A DNA stretch of 56,960 bases from Seison nebaliae (taxonomy: Eukaryota): contig JALJEE010001010.1 in NCBI GenBank assembly GCA_023231475.1, positions 1 to 56,960 on the forward strand, in the 5' to 3' direction. Position numbers and translations under genes: made by a program. The notes beneath the pieces are model-generated. The model ran no database searches. It had not been told where the DNA came from and saw only the letters and a program-made list of their open reading frames with translations. Positions 39,439 to 52,255 of this stretch are shown piece after piece. Position 1 is the stretch's first letter, and each line of letters begins with the position of its first letter.

Positions 39439-41558
39439 TTTCAATTAAACTTATTCGATATATATTTTAAGATGTTCAGTCTCACTAAATATTTCAAATT
39501 ATTTTTGAATGATGATTAACAGTATTTAACGTTAATGGGATATCGTTTGTTTAATAATGTTAAACTGTTTTTCTTTTGGTTATTCGGTTATATACAACAA
39601 CATTTGTACAAAAGAAAATAAGACAAATAATTATACGATTAACGGTTAACTGTTAAACTTATATCATTTATTGGAACTTATTTTTATTGGAATCAAATAA
39701 GTATTTTACTTACTTTAATCCAGAATTGTTATAATTGATAATTTATAATGACATAATTGTTAATCCAACTGGAAAGTTTCTTCACTACAGTCAAGAAGAA
39801 AAATTTTTGTAAATTTTAAAACGACAATAAAGATATCAATAAAGGTCAGCTTAACAGTAATTTGGTCTCTACAAATTTTTTAAATAAAGATCACAAAAAT
39901 TCCGTCCATCTCAGTTTACAAAATGAATATACAAAGTTTCTTATATCAAGTGTAATATCATGATACATTTCTCTCCTTTCCTTTGTCATTGAAAACGATA
40001 TTGGTCTAGAACAAGGATAGAAAAAGGTAAAACGAAGTCAAATGATTATATCGATCGGTCAGTGACAGTTGATCAATGTCGAGTTCCGGTGTGTTCGATA
40101 ACAAATCAGTAAAAAACGTCTTCCAAGAATCTTGACATGTATCACCTTGAAAAATAATAATTAAAACTTGTTTTCTCATGTTTTATGGTCCCTAACAAAA
40201 TAAAATTTAAATTTTTACGCCAGATTTATTTTAATATTGTATTATTTTGATATTGATTCTTTATAAAATGTTGAATAAAATTTATATTTACTATTTATGT
40301 TATTAAAGTAGACGGTTATAGTTCCAATCATTGATTAATTGAAAATTTAATTAAATTTAAAAATAATAATTAAAATTACTCATCTATTTTTAAACAAAGA
40401 ATCATTTGAAAGAAAGATTTTTTTAAAAAAAATTTCTTTATTAATATTTTTCATTTTTAACTGATTCTCAATTTCTCCCTATTTGATTCAAGTGAAGGGA
40501 TTGAAAAATACTTTCTAGAAGAGAATATATTCGTTTCTTCTCTTATTATTTATTTGAATCTTGGAAATAATCTTTTCAAACATCATTTTAAATATATATT
40601 TCAATTGAAGAGAAGTACATATCCATTGCAGGTACATAGAATATATTGTGAACAGAGTGGTAAAGCGACAATCCAAAAGAATCAGAAGAAATAACGTTAG
40701 TAAAAGACCATTATAATTTCTCTTCTCTCAACATATTTGAGGAAATAACTTGAATTGGGTGTATCTAACAAGTGTAAGCTCTTTTAAAATTTTTCATTAA
40801 TAAATTTTGTGGGATAGTATTTATCGTAAAAAGAATGGAACCTGAAAAAAAAAGTGTGCGATGTTCAAGTTAGGGCAGTAATTAATAATTACTATTATGA
40901 TTTACTAATTACTCTATATTAATTATTATTGTAGATTTAACTTCATTATTATTCAACCCAATCTCCAATTTAAATATTTACTGTGTTGGATAAATTAAAG
41001 AATTTTCTCCAGGTTATTTCTCTATGTACGATTAATGTATTGTTATCATACCATATCTTAAATAATATACGTTGTATACTACAAAATCATATCAGTTAAA
41101 TAAAATTTGTATAAATAGTATTTATAATGATTAGAATAATGAATAGAACCTTAGAATACATTGGTTTCCTAGAAATGAGGTTTTATTTTTTAAAAAGGTA
41201 CCTCTCATCGTTTCTAGTTTTGTTATTTAAATTTTTTAAGATGGAGTTCAGAAATTTCAGAAATCAGTTGGGAGTTAGTTTCGGAAGTTCATACATTGAA
41301 TAGTTCATTGTACATACTCATTGTTTATGATCTTCAGCGAAGATCCTCATCATGTTCCATATATTTATTATTATAATTAATTTAAGGCCAAATTTCAGTT
41401 ATTTTATGGAATTTTTAAATTATTAAATTTTTGATCATTAAACACAATTAACCTTCTCGAAATTACCCTTTCATTTATCATAATTTTTATATTGTCCCTT
41501 TATTGTTTACTTGTCGCTCAGATGACCTTCTAACTAAATCACAAGTATTAACTGACTA

Positions 41559-43311
41559 ATGGAAGGTAACGATAAGGTGAAGGTGAATAATAAATATTTG
41601 TATATTACCATATTTATTTTGGGTGCTAGTGGTACTGCTGGATGGAGTTTTTATGTCTGTTCCGAATCAGTTAATTTTATCTTTGTTTATTTCTTCATAT
41701 TTGTTTCCTCGAATAAAGTTCTTCAAATACAAATTGAGAACGATTGATAATAATGGGACGTTCAATGAATCGATTTTGAATGACAGACAGAAAGAATTCC
41801 AAAGTACTTTCTCCACAATCACCAATACTTTATATCTCATTACATTAATTGCTCTAATTCCTTTCAACAATTAGTTAATTTATTTAAATCGATTATATTT
41901 TTCATTAATATTGAAAAAAAAATAGTTTGTCAATTAATCAACGTGTGATACCATGGACATTTATTGGTGGAGTAATGATGATCTTTTTATTAATCATCAA
42001 TACAATTAATACGGATTCCGTACAAAATGTGTATCAGATACTTATATTATTGTCTGCTGCAATATTCAGTAGTTAATTTATAATCTGCAAATAAATAAAA
42101 AAAAACGAAGTTTATTTATAGTACAAGCGGCGATAGCACAAAGTGGTCATTTCTCTTTGGTCAGTTGTTTACCCAAAATCTATTCAGCTGCAATGATGTC
42201 GGGACAAGGACTCATTGCATTAATTGCCTCAATATATTCGATTATTATCATCGTACTCAATTCAAATGTTTATTATTCGAATCTTGTTCTATCAGCAAGT
42301 CTGGTCGTTCTTTATTTCGTCACATTCGCCACTTTCATTTTCATGGGAAGAACCGTTAATAAATTCATTTTCTTTTTATATCTCTCATTTTATTCTCATA
42401 GACATTTATTAAGAAAATGAAAACAGAAAATTGTTCAAACATTTGCTTGTCTGAAAATTAATATTTGAAAATTTATTGTAGCATTAAATTTAACGGAACG
42501 GACACCGATGGAACTGACGGCAACAAATTTTCAGAAAGAAAAAAAAACTTTATTTAATATAAGTCGAAAAGTTTTTTCTTCAAATTTTCTTCAAAAATTA
42601 TTTCGAAAAAACTATTCGATACTCATTCAAATTTATATTCAGATCGCTTTTACTTGGATTAATTGTTCTCTTGCTTTTCTTATATCGTCTATCGTTTATC
42701 CCGGATTTGTAACCAATCTGGAAGCTGCCAACTACAAAAATGACAAATGGCATAGTTATTCAATTATTCTATTTTAAATGTTCAATTCATTGTTTTTAAA
42801 TAGATCAATTATTAGTGTTAGTTCTAGTAGTAACAAATTTCAATTTAGCTGACACACTTGGAAGATTTTTCAGTCATTTCTTACTTTGGGTTTCATATTT
42901 GAAATTTTTTCTATTTAATAATTTTCTCATTTTTGAAGCCAACCAGACATCAACCAATACTGCTTGGTCTTTACAATTTCCTGCGTTTAATTCTGGTAAT
43001 AATTTGTTTGTTTTGTAAAATAAATTCGAAGAGGAAACATATACCAATCTATATCGATAACGAATATGTCTGTTCATTTCTCATATTCATTCTGGGTTTT
43101 ACTAATGGCCATTTAGGCTCCATTTTAGTCTATTATGCACCAAAGTTTATCTCTTTAATAATATTTATAAAAATTATTTAATATTATGTCAAGATTTGTT
43201 TCAAATAGCAATAAAGAACAAGAAGCAGTTGGAGTATTAATGTGCGTCTCCATTGGATTAGGATTGGCCATCGGTAGTGGATTTTCATTAGTAACAACGA
43301 AATATATTTGA
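41559..43311 (+). CDS. Equilibrative nucleoside transporter (SLC29/ENT family), about 10 exons
   Basis: FFKYKLR, LPKIYSAAMMSGQGL, IVYPG, TNFNLADTLGR, ILGFTNGHLGS..YAPK, EQEAVG...SIGLGLAIGS. Introns 41670-41718, 41874-41925, 42072-42121, 42355-42401, 42433-42481, 42571-42642, 42755-42803, 42890-42938 and 43145-43193. Confidence 0.88.
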
Positions 43312-44364
43312 ATAATTTCATCATCATCTTTTTTTATCGATAAATAAAAATGGTTGTTTTCAGACTTCAAAATTTCTTGTCAGTTGTCGATCATCTCATC
43401 AATTCGTGTAAGTTCGACTTGGAGATAATGTGGAACAATTGGGTGACCATAATTCGTTAAATTATTTGTTTAAAGATTTCTGGTCATTTTTTCTTCGAGT
43501 GTAAATGTTAGTAGAGGAGAAATGTTACCATTCTCCTGATCACCAACATATTATTGGTCATTAACAAACATCTCCACCCGTTCTAAACGAATAATTTGAC
43601 ATTATTCAATAATTACGAGATTTAATAAAGAATTGTACAAAGTGAGTTCATTTACAATCCATCAGAAATGAATTGAAAAGATTCTCAAATATTTTTCTCA
43701 TTCTCATTCTCTTCCGATATTTCAAATAGATAATTATTCAATCATTATCAATCTAATAGTAAACGCAAAACATATTTCTCGATTGAATAATTTTCAGTTA
43801 AGTTTCAATTGGAGTTAAGATTTATCCATATTGATTAGTTTTCATCGTTTCACATATTCTTCATAAAAAGGATTGAGGGATAAATTTTGAGAATTGACGT
43901 GAACATGAGAGAAATATTGGAAGTGAGAAGAACTCAAATAAAACTTGAAGAGGAGAAAAGATGTAGATGGAGATATAAATGGAACAACGTTAATCCTCAT
44001 TAGTGTATCATCATCACCTTCATCAACAATCATCTTTGTTGTTTACTAGTTTTATCATTCTCGCCATTTCTACCCTCCATCATAAGAGAGTAAGAGAAAA
44101 CATCAATAGAAGAGAAGCAGAAATTGTGGAAAGATGGAAAAGAATTTCCGTTGAAATTATCATGTTGTTCATTTTATCAAAATTAGTGATGAAGATAGTT
44201 AAATTATTGATACATAAACCTTTATTTTTCAGATTATCGATAATTTAGTAGATCGATAAATAAATTATGAAATTGAAATTAACTTCGAAACTTTATTTTA
44301 TTCCCAACTTTCAGATAGATCGAGAAGTGTTGAGTAATTTTTTTGTCTTCATTTTGTGAGTGTG

Positions 44365-47300
44365 ATGTCTGAGGATTTAAATTCTCAAATGAGAGTTTAT
44401 ACGATATCGATTGGTGACATAACTGATAAGAAGGAGAAATTAATATCAGAAAATTTGGAGAGACCAAATATCATTAATGATCAAAATACGAATAACTCAA
44501 ATGGAAATCGGAAACAGAAGAAACGAAATAATATGCCATCAAAATCTTCATCAATTTCTTCTGAAATTAATTCTGTGAAATCATACACATCCTCCACCAC
44601 AGCTACCACCACATCATCATCTTCAATATCACCTCATAAATCATCTCATTTGTTAGATCAGAAGCGATTACCTTTTTTAAAACGTAACATGAAACATCGA
44701 TCAACTTCATTATCTTCATCTCTCTCTTTAACATCTTCATCTACCACAACATCACCATCTTCAATATCTCCTTCAATAACATCATGTTCATCGGAAACTT
44801 CTACATCTTCATGGTTAGTAGAGAATGATAAGAAAGAAGTTAAAAATAAACATAAATCAAACAATTCGAAAAATAGAACAATTTCCCCTGACAGCCTCAC
44901 AATTGGCGATTATTTAGACGAATCGAACATTTATCGACGTTACCAGAAAAACATCTGTTTACTTTTATTATTAACATCCATAGTTTATGTATATAATGTG
45001 GAGAAGGAGCAGTTATTTCGTGAATATTATGATATTCGAGTACATCAACTTCGAACTCGTCAATTGTCGCTAAAAGAAAAAAACGATGAAAACGGTTCTA
45101 TTCTAACAAATTATTCAAGTAAATTTAATGATAATCATTACAAAAAGCAAACGGAAAATTCTTCGAATTTCAATGAAAATTATTTAATTCCGATAGATGA
45201 TCGACAATACCATTATTCTCTTCCTACCACTACGAAGATTTTACACATACCCAATAATGGACATATATTAAGACAGACTCAAAACCATAACAGAATTATT
45301 GATCCAAATGATATTAAATTTCCACCTCATAATAAACAAATGAATCACTTCCATAAACAAGAACAACAATCAAGAATCAACGAACATCAACGAATACTAC
45401 AACAACAGCATCATCGACAAAAACTTCAAAAAATGCAAAGAAAACATCAACAACAAAAACAACAAATTGGAAGAAGTAAACAGAATCAACAAAATTATAA
45501 TGTTGTTTATAATCGATTGAAATCTAATAGTTTTCATTATACCACTCTAAAATATCGAGTTCAAAATTCAAATATGTTAAAATTGAATTCTCATTCAAAC
45601 CAGTTACGTTTAACGACGAGACGTCCACTTTCTTTACCTCAACGAACCTTTACTGAAAAGAGTATTATTGCCACTTTCTCAACCACATCCACTTATGTGA
45701 ATCGATACAAAGAACCTCTACAGGTTGACCAAACTCCATTTCATTCGAAATGGTTTAAGAATTATTTCCTCAACCAAAATTATCATTTACCTCGTTTGTC
45801 TCAGTTTGAACCTAGATCAAAAAAAACTTATTATCAATCAGTTACACCAATGAGAAGATTAACATCGTCAAAAAGAAAGTTTTCCTCTTCAACTACTCGA
45901 AAAGTAGCCAAACAAACGTTTTCTAACAAAAATTATTATTCCTCAACTAAACGTCCAATGACAAGTACGAAATCGACAATTGTTATTGGAAATACATTTA
46001 CCACTCGACAATTGGAGACATCTTTAATGATCGGAACTAACCAAATTTACAATAAACATTTTACATTTCCTTTCATGTTCGTTGAGCCGATGCCGCTCAC
46101 TAAATCGCCAACTAAGATTACACCCACAACAATGACAACTTTTCCTCCCAACAACAAATTGAACGGTGAAATTTATACGATTACTGATACTAAACGAATT
46201 GTTCATCAACAAAATTCGTACGATTATCCCAAAATTCACAGTAACACAATAAATAAGGAACAAGTAGAAGTGAAAATTCTACAAGATATTTTCAAAAAGA
46301 AATATGGACGAACGTTATCAGAGAAAATGGCGAAACAAATTTATTTATTTAACAAGTTACATCGCCTTCATCGGATTATAGAGAAAACTGAATCAGCGAA
46401 TCAATACCAGAAGTTATCACCAACAATCATATCGTCAATATCGAGTATCGATAAATATGTTCGTCAACATTCCACTCAATCGATGTTGTTGAATGTCGAA
46501 GAATATGATCCGAATGAATTTGATAATAAAATTTATAAAACTACAAAAAATCTCAATTTCGAACAATCATATTATCAATGGTTATTGAAGAATACTCCAA
46601 TGATTCCAATTCAATCAAAAGGAGGTTTAGTAACTTCAACGATCGATGCTTCAAACGTAAATGATCGACGATGGAAACGATATGTTAGTAGTAAAATTAT
46701 CAATAAAATTTATTAAACGAATAGAATTGAAAAAGAAATAGAGAAATTATGGTTTTATAGACGATATCTTAATTTGAAATAGTTGACGATGTTTAAACGA
46801 ATCTCTTCGCATGTCCCACAATGGAAACTTTCTAATTTTCGTAAGTTTTTGTAGAGGTGAACAATCATCGATTGTGGTGTCAAAAATTGTCCACAACGAT
46901 AATTATCTGGTGTATTTTTTAATTGACGAAGAATCATATGTTCATCATCAGCAAGAACAGAATTATATTCTACTGTTGTTGTATTGGTGGGATGATTATT
47001 TGATGATTTAGATATGGAATCTTTGAAATTTCTTTTATTTACCGTTTCGAAGTAGATGCAATCTCTCTCATTCGAATAAGATGGAGTGAGAATATCGAAG
47101 AAGATTAATGGATCGTTAGAATGTGTCGATAAAATTTCGTGAATATTATTCTTCTCAGGAGTCAAATGACAAATGTCACCGATAGTTCTCATTGAATCTT
47201 TCTCATATAATTCGTTCAATGTCAGAGTGAGATCATCTTCCAATATTTGTTGAGGAGTGAAAATTTGTAATTGGCAATTGCCATTCATTACTTTCATAAT

Positions 47301-50300
47301 ACCATGCATGTCCGGATGATTATGTAAGGGAATATTCGCATTTGGTTTAATGATGAATAATGCAACTGTTAATTGTTCGATTTGAACTAATTCCATATAG
47401 AACACATTCGCCATATCGGACTTGAATAATTCATTATTCTTCTTCTTCTCATATGATTGAGATGATGTTTCTTTCCCATTATTCAGATTGTCTAATTGGA
47501 ACTCTTCCAATGTGAGTTGTTTAAGAAATGAACAGATGTTCTTATAGATCTGATTAGATCGATGAACTGAACAAGAATATTGGATAGCAGAATGAAAGAT
47601 TTGAGTGATAATATTATACTCATTCTTGCTCATACTCTCTCTCTCTTAAAGGAAGAAATATTGAAATTGTCGATTATATAATTCTCATTCCTATTTTTCT
47701 TCTTTTACTTTGATGGACAAAAAATTTTCTTTTTTAAATATTTTTATTCTCCCTCTATTCTTTTACCAACTCCTCATTCTTTCTTATAAATACGAAAAAT
47801 AATTTTTCGAATTATTAGTTCAAATGACTTAAATAATTTCACACTAATTCTCATCATTTAATTTGTATACGATAAGATTTATGTAAGAAAACTTATATTC
47901 TTAATTTCGTTACTTATTTTTTTTTCACTTCATATTCATGAGACTCATCGTCAATATGAATTTTTGAGGAGAACAAAAAATTTCATTTACTTTCGAGAAA
48001 TACATAAAAGAAAAATAATTTGAACATTTTTTCGAATGGACGACAAATTTTCTCGATGGTAAATAATAATTACAATTTTTACGTCTTTGCATTTCTCACA
48101 TTTTCATCTTTTACTCTACCAATTCATTTTACTCTTTTATCAAATTTATTCAAATCGTAAAAATTCTCAGTTCATTTCCTCACCATTCTATTTTGTTCTA
48201 CATTCAGATTCAATCTCCAAGTCGAAAGAATATCGATCAAAATGATGGAGAATCAAATAACAACAATAATCGCACGATAAATGGAACGAAGAAGAAAAAT
48301 GATGGAAGAAATTCGGACGGTTTTGAAGAACACTTGAAATTTGAAGAATTGTCATTGGTATTGAGATGTGTGGGGAGTATTGGAGGAATGTTGATCGGAG
48401 GAATCCTCAGCGATTTGTTTGGTCGACGTTTCACTCTGTTACTTGCACTCTTCCTCCAATTTCTTATGCAATTATTCTCCTTCGTGTTGGTCGATCCGAT
48501 GTATTCCATTTCAACAATTCATTCATCACTCAATTATATGTCATGTGAAGTTGGTCCTTCTTCTTCAATTCAATCAAATCGTTCTTCAAAAACTTCTTCA
48601 AATTGTTCTTTTCTAGATGTTACATATCGTTATAATAGTTTTGTTGAATGAATTGAGTGTGTCAAATTATCGGTATTTATGGATTATATTATGGTATTTG
48701 TCTATCTCTTTCGTTCGAATGTTATTATACAGTTTAATGAATTTAATGTTACAATTCGATTTGGTAAATGATCTCTTCCAACAAACTCTTCAATTTTCCA
48801 TTTCACTCATCTTTACATTGATCTTATTCACTCTATTCATTATTCATTATGTGTTACAATTTTTTTTTTATTCAAATCCCAAATTTCTTAACTTTTTTCC
48901 TGTTTTCAGATATTTGATGGAAAGTTTCCGTTATTTGTTAGCTAACGATAAATGGGAATTATTGACAATTTATTTATTCTATTATTCGACAACAAGATCA
49001 ATTCCATCATTTACAGCAACTCTTAATCAGTTGCTGTCGATTTTACATGAACGTTTGAGTGAATTCATGAGGAATTCCACGTTCCAACTCTTCCTCAAAT
49101 ATTCCAGTTATAGATCCAATATTAATAGTTTGTCGCATCAATTACGTGTAACGAATCCCAAACTCCATTTGACAATTGATGAACAATTCAATGAATCGAT
49201 ACGTGCACTCCTTGAATATGAGAAAATGAATTCGATCGAATCGAAAAGTTCGTTTAAATCGCGAAAACTTTCGAAAATCTTTCATGAAATCCATCAAATG
49301 TATCTTATTAATCGAAATTATTTCGTTTCTTCTTACCAATTCCTTTCCTTCTTGACAACACGAATAGTTGAGAAACATAAAAATTCAATAATAATTCTCA
49401 ATCGTCATCATTCATCTTTCATTGAGAGGAATCATCTGATGAGTGAAAAAGGTTTAGAAAGAGTCTCTAATTTGAGTCAATCGAAAAATATTATAACGCG
49501 AACTTGGAAACAAATGAAATCATCGAAGAAAGTTCCGTTAATGAAAATATTCCAAAAAAATCAAACAAAAAATCATATGAATTCGTCTTCTTCTTTCATT
49601 CATCCTCATCATTTGGTAAGTGATAATGTAAAAGATTTGAAATTGACGACGTCTGATCAATCGCTCAATAAACTTTCTTGTTTTTTTGACACATCGAATA
49701 ATTATTCATCAAATATAATTCATGAATTATATCAAAAAAATCATTTAGAGAATGAAGGTGAATCTCTTTTGACAGGAATGAATTCGAAAGGTATTCCTCT
49801 CAAAATTTATCCGTCTACACATCATATGGAAAAATTACATCATCTAATAAGAATTTCATTGAAATATGAAGAATTTACTGAATTTCTTTTAATTTCACAA
49901 ACATCTCTTCATACACCAAATTCCACTTCTAACATCATTGAAAAAAATCGGAACAAAATAAATAATAACAACAACAACAATAGTAATGATGTTCAAATGA
50001 ATGAGGAAAGGAAATTATTGAAACAAATGTATCGATTGATTGATACGAATATTTTCATAGTATGGTGGGAATTGTTGACGTTAATACAAATCATTAATAA
50101 TGTGGTTAATCGATATCGATATAATATTGATCAATCATTCCAATCACTTACTAATTTCCCGTCATCTGCTTCAATGCTCATTAATCAATTATCAGCAAAT
50201 CGTTTCCAATTCGATCAAATTGACAATTCATTTCTGAATCGATTAAAGAGATGTTTCCATAACATCTTCCATTTTGTTTGTGGTGAGAATGATGAAGAAA

Positions 50301-52185
50301 CGAAAAACTTTTCAACTACATTACCACAAATTCAAATTGATAAAAAATCTATTTTCATAAAAAATTGTACAAATGCGAAAATCTTTTACAAATCTTTAAT
50401 CAATTCTCATTTCTTCATTATTCTTTTGATTTGGTTCTTTTAAATTTTCATAATAATTATTTAATAAATTCTTTTTAGCATGACTGTTGGTTCAATATCT
50501 CAATTGAAATTATATGACGATGATTTCCAATTGAATAACAACAACAACAACCCTATAGAGAATCATAAGGGATATTTATGGATTAATATCAACAATTTAT
50601 TATTGGAGAATCATCAAATTCTATTAAATATGAGAAATTTATTTTCATTCATATTCCAATTCATCTTCATTCTCATTTGTTCACTCATCTTTCATTGTAT
50701 TCTCAAACTGTTCATTTTTCTTCATTCTTCTAATTTGACATCTTAATTCTTTTCATAAAGACGATGTATCTTCTGGTTGTTTGCACGTTTATGTATCATC
50801 ATCATATTGGGTGAATGTGGAGTAATGATTATGGAATTTTATTATAATTCTCTCAATTTGAATAATGATGGAGAAATGGCGAATGATTCTACTCAAATCC
50901 GTTCAATCTTTTCTATTATCACATATCTCTTAGAATGGTTCCAATATTTGATGTCCGTTCCCATAGTCATCATTCTAAACAATTCAGTTCAGTCGTTTAA
51001 TCGGTTCTTTTTTTTTTCAAAATTTCTTTTAGTTTTTTAATTTCTATTTTTTAGAGGTCATTCTATCGGAATTTCTTGTTCAGTTTTATTATCAACAAAG
51101 TATTTAACTTTCATGTTTTTGAAAAAAGTTTTATTTCTCAAATATTTATTTCAATTAATTTTATTACATTTATTTTTCCTCTAATTTTTTTTCAGTTGAA
51201 TAATGATGTGGGAAAGATAATAATCAGAATTTTGTCCATTATTCTCTTGTTTATTCTTCCACTCATATTGAGACGAGTGAGGAATATCAAAAATTCCCAA
51301 TCTAAATTATTGGACGAACGATTGGAAAGTAGTCGATTGGTGCATGGTAATGGTAAAATGACGAATTCAAATAAAAACCGTAAAAAGAGAAAATGCAAAA
51401 TTTGTAAGAAAAAGAATGAGGAGGGTCAGTGTGGTTGTCGAATTGAAATGAAACGACGTATACCAACTATTGGAAGAAGTATAAGTTTGATTGACGACCG
51501 AAGAAATTATAGAAATAAATCCAATTTGAATTTTCGTCGTTTAAGTTTTCCCGAATGTCTTGATAATATTCATGATGAAAATCAGTTTAACTGGAAAGAA
51601 TGTAATGTTGTAATGGAGAAAGAAGATGAACAAGCACACTCTTCCGAAGAAACCATTTATTCACTTAATAAACGACATTCGTTGGAAGGTAAAAATTTCA
51701 AGAGAATTATTCCACACAAAAATAACTTTTGTAATTCGAAATATATTCAAATTGATCGACTAAACGATAATCAGATGCAATCGATTGATAAACGATCTAT
51801 TCAATTAACTTCATCTTTAAGAAAGTCGAATGGTGAATCATCATCTCCTGTTTGTAAATGTTCATCATCAAATCTTCGTTCTAAAAATGTTCATTTTAAC
51901 ATCACTCCAACTCATCATCAATCAATGTCAAATAACAATAACAACAGTACTCATTCGAAACCGAACAGAATAGTAAACAAACCACCTTATCGACCACCAC
52001 CACCATCAACAACAACACAATCGACATCAGATCGTTCTGAGATAAAATTAAGCGGAAATCGGAATAATAATCAAAGACGTCACTCGTCCACTTCGGATAA
52101 GAAGATCATTCGAATTTATAAAGGTAGAAAATTACATCAACCAAATAATAAGGAAAACAATAACATTAAATCATCATGTTTATAA
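44365..52185 (+). CDS. Giant divergent SLC22/MFS-like transporter, about 2000 aa, 7 exons (44365-46683, 48208-48549, 48617-50433, 50479-50709, 50761-51003, 51055-51127, 51196-52185)
   Basis: SLC22-like TM1 context DYLDESNIYRRYQKNICLLLLL, MFS motif A GGILSDLFGRR, and YLMESFRYLL (cf. PESPRWL). All six junctions are GTT..AG and phase-compatible. The exon1-exon2 join across ADO is inferred. Confidence 0.7.
46755..47633 (-). CDS. ADO: 2-aminoethanethiol (cysteamine) dioxygenase, intronless
   Basis: Cupin motifs IPLHNHPDMHGIMKV..G, LTPEKNNIHEI and FFDILTPSY...RDCIYF of the ADO/plant cysteine oxidase family. Confidence 0.9.
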   Translation of the reverse strand: MSKNEYNIITQIFHSAIQYSCSVHRSNQIYKNICSFLKQLTLEEFQLDNLNNGKETSSQSYEKKKNNELFKSDMANVFYMELVQIEQLTVALFIIKPNANIPLHNHPDMHGIMKVMNGNCQLQIFTPQQILEDDLTLTLNELYEKDSMRTIGDICHLTPEKNNIHEILSTHSNDPLIFFDILTPSYSNERDCIYFETVNKRNFKDSISKSSNNHPTNTTTVEYNSVLADDEHMILRQLKNTPDNYRCGQFLTPQSMIVHLYKNLRKLESFHCGTCEEIRLNIVNYFKLRYRL

Positions 52186-52255
52186 TTAATATAATATATT
52201 CAAACATCTTTCATTAATCATTATTAAATTTTCTATTATTCTTCGAGAATTAATT

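Noticed and set aside
39890..40180. Short minus-strand frame MRKQVLIIIFQGDTCQDSWKTFF... with a possible second exon
   Set aside because: It needs an atypical donor or a 27-nt intron and has no homology; left uncalled.
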